A stretch of 44,384 nt of DNA from Gammaproteobacteria bacterium (lineage in GTDB: Bacteria; Pseudomonadota; Gammaproteobacteria; SZUA-229), in the NCBI GenBank assembly GCA_026197015.1, contig JAPHRB010000015.1, forward strand, positions 1 to 44,384, in the 5' to 3' direction. Position numbers and translations under genes: made by a program. The notes beneath the pieces were generated by a model, which was given only the letters and a program-made list of their open reading frames with translations, ran no database searches and was not told the DNA's origin. This document shows positions 9,576 to 17,305 of the stretch, piece after piece (positions within the stretch are counted from its first letter, which is position 1; each line of letters begins with the position of its first letter).

Positions 9576-9877
9576 AAAAATTAACCATGGTTGTACATAC
9601 ATCTTTGCAGCAGAGATTATCTGATTTTTTACGTAGACAAAAACTTGAAACCTTTATGTTTACCCATATTGAAGAACATAGCTCTCATGTAGAAAAGGAT
9701 AGCTTCTTGTCTGCACGTGACAAGGTAGTCGGATATGTTCCTCAAGTTCGGCTTGATGTAATACTAGATAATGAGGCAATTAAGCGACTTCTAGAAAATA
9801 TTAAAAGCTCAAACTGTCCATTTAAAGGTAAAGGAATCTACTGGGTTACAGATATTGATGATTTTGGCGAACTGTGA
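9572..9877 (+). CDS. small cytoplasmic PII/CutA-like protein (DUF3240-like by recollection), translationally coupled to the RND pump
   Basis: ATGA start/stop overlap with the RND gene at 9572..9575. 101 aa with no hydrophobic segment. The beta-alpha-beta x2 pattern (KLTMVVHT..., VRLDVILDNEAIKRLLENI, IYWVTDI) was judged by eye. Confidence 0.7.
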   Translation: MKKLTMVVHTSLQQRLSDFLRRQKLETFMFTHIEEHSSHVEKDSFLSARDKVVGYVPQVRLDVILDNEAIKRLLENIKSSNCPFKGKGIYWVTDIDDFGEL

Positions 9878-9931
9878 GTCAGCTAACTATTTTCTGAAAT
9901 TTCATGTACTAATGTGAAATATTTTATGTCA

Positions 9932-9963
9932 TCGACCGAAGCTGTGATGCAGCTTCGAGTCGA
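9932..9963. terminator. hairpin tcgaccgaagctg-tgatg-cagcttcgagtcga between convergent operons
   Basis: Read directly. It lies between the DUF3240-like stop (9877) and the PhzF-family stop (9980). Confidence 0.55.
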
Positions 9964-9979
9964 ATGGCATTTCTAATTA

Positions 9980-10759
9980 TCAAATCTCAATTTCACCCTG
10001 CAGATACATTACAGCCTTACCTGAAATCAACACCCTTTCCCCTTTTAATTCACAAAACAACTCACCACCTCTTTTAGAAATCTGTTTAGCTGTAAATTTA
10101 TTTTTTAACATTTTAGTAGACCAGTAAGGGCTTAATTGTGTATAGGCTGACCCCGTTACAGCATCTTCAGGAATATCGTACTTGGGTGCAAAACATCTGG
10201 CCACATAATCATACTTATGTGAAACAGACGTAACGACAACACCACGTAGATCCAGGCGTTTTAAATAGGTATGATCCGCAACGATCTCAGCTAGTTCTTC
10301 TTCACTATCAAATACAGCGATGTAATCTTCACTTTTCAAACAAGCTACTGGTTTCTTACCCAGCCCTTTAATTAAGTCTTCTGGTATATCACAACTAACT
10401 GGAATTTGAGAAGGAAAGTTAAGGGTTATCAATCCATCTTTTTGACTTACTGATAACTTACCTGAGAGTGAATCGAAATTTACAACTTTTTCTTTATACC
10501 CTAATACATCAAACAACACATAAGCTGCTGCTAGAGTCGCATGCCCACAAAGTTTTACCTCCTTACATGGGGTGAACCAGCGAATCTTAAAACCACTATC
10601 CTGTTTTACAAAAAAGACTGTCTCAGACAGATTATTTTCTTCCGCTATTGACTGCATAACATCATCAGTTAACCAGGTTTCTAGAGGAATCACCGCAGCC
10701 GGATTGCCTTCAAAAGGTTTATTTGCAAATGCGTCAACTTGATATATGGGTAATTTCAT
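9980..10759 (-). CDS. PhzF-family isomerase-like protein
   Basis: MKLPIYQVDAFANKPFEGNPAAVI N-terminus, CGHATLAAA and SGKAV motifs typical of the PhzF/YddE family. 259 aa. Confidence 0.85.
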   Translation of the reverse strand: MKLPIYQVDAFANKPFEGNPAAVIPLETWLTDDVMQSIAEENNLSETVFFVKQDSGFKIRWFTPCKEVKLCGHATLAAAYVLFDVLGYKEKVVNFDSLSGKLSVSQKDGLITLNFPSQIPVSCDIPEDLIKGLGKKPVACLKSEDYIAVFDSEEELAEIVADHTYLKRLDLRGVVVTSVSHKYDYVARCFAPKYDIPEDAVTGSAYTQLSPYWSTKMLKNKFTAKQISKRGGELFCELKGERVLISGKAVMYLQGEIEI

Positions 10760-10996
10760 AAAAACACTTCTTCTACAGGGAAGCTTAGTAAAGCTTACGT
10801 TGATTAATTTTATTAGATAACTCTTTGTTTATTATATCTATTTAACTAATACCCACAACCAGCTTGAGAATAGTTAATACTGTTTAAATATAAGTGATTA
10901 CTTATTCTATAGGTGATATCCTACCGCCCCTGCGCTGCATACCCTCCCACGGAGCTGCGTTGACTTATTTTAATATATCTTTTAGAGGTTACTCTC

Positions 10997-11428
10997 ATGG
11001 CGATTCAACGCACATTTTCAATTATTAAACCTGATGCCGTTGCAAAAAATGTAATTGGTGAAATTTATAACCGTTTTGAAAAAGGCGGTTTACGTATAGT
11101 TGCTTCAAAAATGCTTCAACTATCGAAACAACAAGCGGAAGGTTTCTACGCTGTTCATAAGGAACGCCCATTTTTTAATGACCTTGTTAGCTTTATGATC
11201 TCTGGCCCAGTTATGTTACAGGTATTAGAGGGTGAAAACGCAATAGCACGCAACCGTGAATTAATGGGTGCAACAAACCCTGCGGATGCAGAAGCGGGCA
11301 CTATTCGAGCTGACTTTGCTGAAACAGTAGACGAAAACGCCGTACACGGTTCAGATGCTCCTGAAACAGCAGCCGAAGAAATTAAATATTTCTTTAGTGA
11401 CGATGAACTTTGCGAAAGAATTCGTTAA
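10997..11428 (+). CDS. ndk: nucleoside-diphosphate kinase
   Basis: [15 protein letters not shown]..., NAVHGSD active-site His motif. 143 aa. SD AGAGG upstream. Confidence 0.97.
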   Translation: MAIQRTFSIIKPDAVAKNVIGEIYNRFEKGGLRIVASKMLQLSKQQAEGFYAVHKERPFFNDLVSFMISGPVMLQVLEGENAIARNRELMGATNPADAEAGTIRADFAETVDENAVHGSDAPETAAEEIKYFFSDDELCERIR

Positions 11429-11452
11429 TTTCAAATAATTCGACAATCACCG

Positions 11453-11508
11453 GTTGATATTTTATCTGCTTCAGCACCGAATTTGATTAGAGCAGATAAA
11501 ATATCAAC
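11453..11508. repeat. perfect 17-bp inverted repeat (gttgatattttatctgc / gcagataaaatatcaac) with a 22-nt spacer
   Basis: Read directly. It lies 25 nt after the ndk stop and upstream of the canonical terminator. Confidence 0.5.
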
Positions 11509-11530
11509 AATTCACAAACTAAATAACTTA

Positions 11531-11558
11531 ACCCATTAGTTTGCTAATGGGTATTTTT
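11531..11558 (+). terminator. rho-independent terminator of ndk (acccattag-tttg-ctaatgggt + T-run)
   Basis: 9-bp stem, 4-nt loop, followed by atttttaaaaa. Confidence 0.7.
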
Positions 11559-11717
11559 AAAAATATGTTAGTTCCGCCTTTCTTAGAAGTGCCTACCAAA
11601 TATGTGAACGTCTTCCCGAAAAGTCAAAATATCATATATTAATAAAATTTCTAAAAAGCATATTATCCACACTTGATAAACATTAATCTAATAAAAAAAC
11701 AAAGCCCACCTAAACAG

Positions 11718-13856
11718 TTAATTTAAAACGCCGTCCTTAATTAAGGATTCTGTAAAATGAAACCCTAACACACGATAAGCTTCTAATTGTTTTTCATTAA
11801 AAAATTGATCAGCTGTTGTTTCATCAGGAAATGTCGGGTGAGATTGCTTATAACTTAATAACTCCGCAGGTATATCAGAAGTGAGAGTAGTTTTAATATA
11901 AATTAATCGACCTGCCGGCTCACTTCCAGGATAAATAATATCTGCAACGATATATCCCTTAGTGGCAAAATCAATATTTTTTTCTACATCTTCTGAGTAC
12001 GTCAGTAAATCTAAATCTGCAGCAGACACCTTAATCTCTACACCAAAATCTACACGACATTTTTCTATAATATTCGCCAAACTAGAAAAAGAAAACTCAT
12101 TATCCTGCTCAGCATCACTGCAAATAATCAATTTACAATGTCGGCGAATTAATTCGTACATAGCCAAATTTTCAAAGTGGCCTCCATCTGAAAGTTGTAT
12201 GAATTTTGAAGTTTCGTTAATTTTATTACGTCCAGTTACCCCCCAGAATCCGGGGCTCAAAAAACTGGGCATTATTTTCTGATTCGGCTGAACTTCTGGA
12301 TTTGGGTTAACCACCCAATAACCAAGACGTAAATTAAAAATAGTCATTATGGCTGAGATTAATGGTTTTATGGTTAAACCTGAACCCGCAACCCCTGAAT
12401 CAGAGTTAGCTGCAGCACCTGAAATTGCCACAGCTGTTGGCAGGGTAATACTATTATTCGCAAACTGCTCGCTTCTTCTCCAGCCAGTTGCATTCGAGCC
12501 AGAAAACAAAGGGCTAAGTATAAAGTTATCACCACCACGACCTCTAAATTTTGGGATTTTTGAACCCACTAAAATTAAATTACTATTAATAATATGATAG
12601 GGCATTGTACTATTATCTGGAGAAAGACAATCATTTAGAGATACTGTATTAGCTTTGCTAGCCAAAACTGTTTTCTTAGAGGATAAAATATCAGAAACAT
12701 CTGGATTGAATATTTCCATTAGCCTGTCTCTATAATATCTGTGTATAGAGATTCTATTAATTGGCAACACTTTAGCCAGAACTAATATCAGCATGCCTAT
12801 CAATAATTGATAATAAAATAACTCCATGCTGTTTGTCATTTCAACTTGTTGTAAAATTATCTGTGATATTCGGTCAGATAAAACTAACAAACCTAACAAC
12901 ATAATAAATATACCCACATTCACTATTATTGAAGCAGGTATGTAATTAAACAGTTTAGATTTGTCTTTTGTTTGACTAAACCAGACCAAAGCAGCACCAA
13001 AAACAGCAGATACACCACCAACACCCTGTATTTCTTTAGTTATATAATCGTTCAGCCAGAACACAGCTGATAGAATAAATATAATGAATATTATTTGCAT
13101 GATCGTACTGATATATATTTCCCATGAGCGTCGCCACCTATAAGCAGTCGTAGCACAACTACCGTTAGTAAGTAATGGCGAAACAAGCGTGCTAAATAAT
13201 AAGCTTAAAACATAAAAAGCCATAGCCGTCAGACTGATCTGTATCGGAGTAAGAGTACTAAATCTATCTGGCAACTGCTCTATAATTAAATGTAACAAAC
13301 TAAATAGTAAACTGGCTAATACAATTAATGCAACAAAACCCATAAGCATGCCACGTAATATGACACCTAAAAGTGACAAGCCAGTTAAACCATTCCCGGG
13401 ATTTAAATAACAACCATTCTGGCGTAAATAACGCATTAACATTGCCTGATCTTTATCCATTTCTATATCGTCATTTGAGTGTCGGCCACCAACACCGTAT
13501 GGAAAATCTTTGCTCGTCGTTCCAAACTCTCTCTTAGTATCAGTGCCTTCTCTCCATTTCCCTGACCATAACCAGGATAAAGCACCGCCAAGGTAACCAC
13601 CACCTGATACAGTTGATAAAAAATCAAACTGTTCTAGTTTATTATATTTTGCTAATGACTGGATTACACCCAATGAAAAACTCGCGGCTCTAATGCCACC
13701 GCCAGATAGAGCGATGCCCTTCAGATTATCTTCATCAACTGGACGGTTCTTTTTAAGATGATCAATTTCTGCCTGACAAACTTTATAAGAGCCTGCATTA
13801 ACTCTATCTTCGGGATCATACTTAACATAACCACTTGAATGTATTTTATTAGTCAT
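11718..13856 (-). CDS. patatin/cPLA2-like phospholipase with about six transmembrane helices inserted between the catalytic Ser and Asp
   Basis: Oxyanion motif LSGGGIRAASFSLGV, nucleophile elbow STVSGGGYLG, catalytic Asp LSDGGHFENL. Between them lie six hydrophobic stretches (for example LMGFVALIVLASLLFSLLHLI, IMQIIFIIFILSAVFWL, IIVNVGIFIMLLGLLVL). No signal peptide. Confidence 0.85.
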   Translation of the reverse strand: MTNKIHSSGYVKYDPEDRVNAGSYKVCQAEIDHLKKNRPVDEDNLKGIALSGGGIRAASFSLGVIQSLAKYNKLEQFDFLSTVSGGGYLGGALSWLWSGKWREGTDTKREFGTTSKDFPYGVGGRHSNDDIEMDKDQAMLMRYLRQNGCYLNPGNGLTGLSLLGVILRGMLMGFVALIVLASLLFSLLHLIIEQLPDRFSTLTPIQISLTAMAFYVLSLLFSTLVSPLLTNGSCATTAYRWRRSWEIYISTIMQIIFIIFILSAVFWLNDYITKEIQGVGGVSAVFGAALVWFSQTKDKSKLFNYIPASIIVNVGIFIMLLGLLVLSDRISQIILQQVEMTNSMELFYYQLLIGMLILVLAKVLPINRISIHRYYRDRLMEIFNPDVSDILSSKKTVLASKANTVSLNDCLSPDNSTMPYHIINSNLILVGSKIPKFRGRGGDNFILSPLFSGSNATGWRRSEQFANNSITLPTAVAISGAAANSDSGVAGSGLTIKPLISAIMTIFNLRLGYWVVNPNPEVQPNQKIMPSFLSPGFWGVTGRNKINETSKFIQLSDGGHFENLAMYELIRRHCKLIICSDAEQDNEFSFSSLANIIEKCRVDFGVEIKVSAADLDLLTYSEDVEKNIDFATKGYIVADIIYPGSEPAGRLIYIKTTLTSDIPAELLSYKQSHPTFPDETTADQFFNEKQLEAYRVLGFHFTESLIKDGVLN

Positions 13857-14501
13857 TTTTATCTCATTTTCAATTTTCAGATAAATTTATTAAAAATCTA
13901 TTTATTATCTTCGTTAACTATATAAACAATCTATTAACTACTTGATGAAAGGATTTGTTCGTTCAGCTTATCTTCACTTTTTTCTTAATTAAAACCTGTA
14001 TTTTAATAAGACTAACTAACTGACAAATATAAAGCTTTATGACCAACATTTAATAACACAAACTAATATAAAATTATTATTCATAAATATTTTAGACAGC
14101 ACATTATCTGTAAAATTTTTTATAAACACATACTTCAATTAAATAAGTAAATGTATGTGATCATATTATTAGAAGTTAAAACAATAACTAGAAACAAAGT
14201 TTTAATTCAAAATTTAATATTAGCCGCGCATACCACTAAACATACATCCTTATATCCCCAGATGCTGCATGCGGGAATTGAACTATATATACTATTTAAC
14301 AAACTGTTAATAATCAAGACCAGTTCACGTTATTTTTTTTATAACGCGCATAAAAAAAACGTAACTTACGTTACGCCTTTTAAACCACTAAATTAGAAGA
14401 TTAACTAATGATTATTTAGCAGCAATATCACTCTACTGTTTAAATTGAATCACCATTCCATCTAAAGCAGATTTTTAGATGTTTGACCATAAGCACAGCC
14501 A

Positions 14502-14880
14502 TTAATGTCTTTCTGGTTGGCCTCTACATTTAATTGACATACAGGACAATGCGTTACGATCATATCTGGCAATTATCAACGGTCGCTTTAACCAGTATCT
14601 GCGATTTTTATGCTCTGATAAAGCTAGTGCACCACCACAACAGGAGGTTCTTTTCTCGTTTGTAGTCCAGGTTTATTCACCGGTCAGTTTTTCAAGTTCA
14701 GACATAATAAGGATAGTGATGCCAGGATTCATCCTGACGCGACGTTGATTAATTTCCAGTCCACATGTTAGGAAGCATAGTTTAGGAAAGCACTTATAAC
14801 GTCAACCCAAATAAACATGCTTTTCCACAAGTATGACTTGCTTGTCAGCTTCAGCAGCTTCCAATGTGATAATAAAAAAG
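14502..14880 (-). pseudogene. decayed fragment of a CCG-domain (LutA/GlpC/HdrD-like) Fe-S oxidoreductase gene
   Basis: One minus-strand frame reads ...IITLEAAEADKQVILVEKHVYLG*RYKCFPKLCFLTCGLEINQRRVRMNPGITILIMSELEKLTGE*TWTTNEKRTSCCGGALALSEHKNRRYWLKRPLIIARYDRNALSCMSIKC.... This approximates the C-x(31-38)-CC-x(33-34)-CxxC spacing of the cysteine-rich CCG domain (by-eye count about 40 and 31, and the last motif reads CMSIKC rather than CxxC). It has in-frame stops at 14802..14804 and 14673..14675 and no start codon. Confidence 0.4.
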
Positions 14881-15104
14881 ATTTATGTCTATTAATTTAT
14901 TTGATATCGATAAAACAACATTAGATTTCACTAATGCACCTATTTTTGCTAATGCGAATGATTTTCATTAATAATGATTATTATTGCCATTTAATTGATT
15001 AATCTATTCTACGTGAAAATTGATACTTTCAGCCCTTAATAAAGTAATCTTATTATTCTTTAAACACTTATATAATCAACTAAAATTAACTAACAGGAAT
15101 AACC

Positions 15105-15569
15105 ATGTTACAAACAAACGCTAATGCACCTACTTTTACCAGCACCAATCAAAAAAACGAAACTATCAATTTATCTGATTTTAATGGCAATAAAAACGTT
15201 GTGCTTTATTTCTACCCAAAAGATGATACGCCTGGTTGCACAATTGAAGCAAATCAGTTCACCGACCTGCTTGATGAATTCACTAAATTAAACACAGTTA
15301 TTTTGGGTGTAAGTAAAGACGGCACCGAAAGCCATCAAGCTTTTATCGACAAGTTTAATTTAAAAATCGATTTACTGGCGGATACAGATGGAAGCCTGTG
15401 TGATAGCTATGGCGTATGGCAGGAAAAAGAAAAAAATGGTGTGAAAAAAATGGGTATTGTTCGCTCAACCTTTATTATTGATCAGTCTGGTAAACTGGTT
15501 GATGTTGAATATGGCGTTGCAGCTGAAGGCCATGCACAGCTAGTTTTAGATAAAATTAGAAAATTATAA
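15105..15569 (+). CDS. bcp: thiol peroxidase Bcp (peroxiredoxin Q family)
   Basis: VVLYFYPKDDTPGCTIEANQF peroxidatic-Cys motif. 154 aa. SD AGGAA upstream. Confidence 0.9.
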   Translation: MLQTNANAPTFTSTNQKNETINLSDFNGNKNVVLYFYPKDDTPGCTIEANQFTDLLDEFTKLNTVILGVSKDGTESHQAFIDKFNLKIDLLADTDGSLCDSYGVWQEKEKNGVKKMGIVRSTFIIDQSGKLVDVEYGVAAEGHAQLVLDKIRKL

Positions 15570-15659
15570 TTTTTCAATTAGTATTATTCAAGGGCAGAGA
15601 CAAAGATAAAACATTGCCTCCACAAACTCGCCACAAAAAAAATAAACAATAATATATTA

Positions 15660-17006
15660 ATGACCTCCAATAGCAAAAAAATACTACTTTCACTTATCCT
15701 GGGCAGCATTAGCTTTATATTGATGCAGCTATTTTATACGTTGGAGCAAAGCCTGTTAGTCGCAATCTTAGTCACAATGATCACATTATGGACAAATGAA
15801 GGATTACCATTAGCCGTGGTTTCTCTCACTCCTATTGTTCTATTTCCTGCGGCTGGTATTTTAAGCACCTCCCAAACCGCACATAATTATGCCAACCCCA
15901 TTATCTTTTTATTCATGGGTGGTTTTTTAATTGCAATTGCCGTAGAAAAAACTAACCTGCATAAATGGATAGCAAACCAGATGCTGAATATTTTTCCATG
16001 TCATGCAAGAGGTATCATATTTGCCTTGATTATTACTTCGGGTTTACTCAGTTCAATTTTATCAAATACGACCACAACACTTTTATTATTACCGATTGCA
16101 TTATTTTTAACCGATAGTACAAAACTAAAAGTGCGCCTTGCATTAGGTATAGCTTACGGCGCAAGTATTGGTGGCATACTCACACCCATAGGCACTCCTC
16201 CTAACCTGATTTTATTTGGAGTGATGAAGGAGATGGGCTTAGAAAAAATAGCTTTTGCACAATGGATGTGGATGATGTTTCCGTTAGTTATTTTTATGTT
16301 TACTTTTGTCGGATTTATTTTAAGTGCCGGCCTGAAAGATACAAAAATAACATCTCAGCTTAATATTCCAGCGTTAGATACTAATCAAAAAAAAGTCATC
16401 ACACTTATTATTTTTTTAATAATCATGCTTTTTTTAAACTCACCCATAGAACCTTATTACAAGGGACTGGGTTTGAATGACGCGGGTATTTTACTATCGG
16501 CAGGCTTAATATTATTTGCGCCTCCATTTAATATCTTAAACTGGGAACAGGATAAAAATAATATTCCTTACCGTATTATGTTTCTTTTTGGTGCCGGATT
16601 TACAATTGCTATGGCGTTCACTGAAACCGGCATGGCAAAAGAAATGGCCTCACATCTATTAGAACTAACAAGCCTGCCGGTGATTTTATTCATGTTAATT
16701 GTTGCAGCTATGGTCACGTTTACAACAGAGGTCACGAGTAATACTGCACTAATTTCTATTATGCTGCCGATACTATACGAAGTCAGCAATCAGGCCGGTC
16801 TTGATGTGCGTTTATTTATGGTTATCGCGACAGTATGTGCATCCTATGCATTTATGTTGCCGATTGCCACACCACCGAATGCCATTGCAATGAGTAGTGG
16901 CGTGGTTAATATAAAAACAATGGCTCGTTATGGCATTATCTTTAATTTAATCGCTATATTTTTGACTGTATTTGTAGCATATTTTTTCTGGAATCACATT
17001 CTTTAG
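15660..17006 (+). CDS. DASS/SLC13-family (ArsB/NhaD superfamily) anion transporter
   Basis: 448 aa and polytopic. Duplicated hairpin motifs SNTTTTLLLLPIA and TPPNAIAMSSG, plus GTPPNLILFG. Confidence 0.85.
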   Translation: MTSNSKKILLSLILGSISFILMQLFYTLEQSLLVAILVTMITLWTNEGLPLAVVSLTPIVLFPAAGILSTSQTAHNYANPIIFLFMGGFLIAIAVEKTNLHKWIANQMLNIFPCHARGIIFALIITSGLLSSILSNTTTTLLLLPIALFLTDSTKLKVRLALGIAYGASIGGILTPIGTPPNLILFGVMKEMGLEKIAFAQWMWMMFPLVIFMFTFVGFILSAGLKDTKITSQLNIPALDTNQKKVITLIIFLIIMLFLNSPIEPYYKGLGLNDAGILLSAGLILFAPPFNILNWEQDKNNIPYRIMFLFGAGFTIAMAFTETGMAKEMASHLLELTSLPVILFMLIVAAMVTFTTEVTSNTALISIMLPILYEVSNQAGLDVRLFMVIATVCASYAFMLPIATPPNAIAMSSGVVNIKTMARYGIIFNLIAIFLTVFVAYFFWNHIL

Positions 17007-17125
17007 TACGTTAAAAATACGATTCAGGCCAAATTTACAGCCAAATGATTAACTTACCGGGATGTTTATCATTACCCGGCCTCGTTATATTTAGTTCATT
17101 GCCAGGACTATTAATTACGAATGAA

Positions 17126-17296
17126 TTAATTATTCAACTGATAATAAAAAATAGCAGCACCAATAATGACACTGGCACATACTAATACAATGCCCGCAAA
17201 CCAGATTTTAAACCGATTCAACGAAGCAGACACTCTCTCAGCTTCATTAATTTTCTTCTCTGAAGAAGCCGGCATTTGCTTAATATCAAAAGACAT
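17126..17296 (-). CDS. possible 56-aa single-TM small protein downstream of cysG (below the ORF-track size cutoff)
   Basis: My translation: MSFDIKQMPASSEKKINEAERVSASLNRFKIWFAGIVLVCASVIIGAAIFYYQLNN*. The ATG lies 9 nt after the cysG stop. No clear SD. Confidence 0.25.
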   Translation of the reverse strand: MSFDIKQMPASSEKKINEAERVSASLNRFKIWFAGIVLVCASVIIGAAIFYYQLNN

Positions 17297-17305
17297 CAGT
17301 GTTAC

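Noticed and set aside
10921-10965. Isolated GC-rich patch (ctaccgcccctgcgctgcataccctcccacggagctgcgttgac) in the AT-rich ndk upstream region
   Set aside because: I could not find a convincing stem-loop, a repeat partner elsewhere in the window or a known motif. It contains only short direct GCTGC/CTGCG repeats. Noted as odd in composition but unsupported as a feature.
14151-14396. 81-aa plus-strand ORF in the large intergenic region
   Set aside because: Extremely AT-rich and Ile/Leu/Lys/Asn-dominated, with no SD and no similarity to anything I recognise. It is the expected kind of chance ORF in AT-rich spacer DNA.
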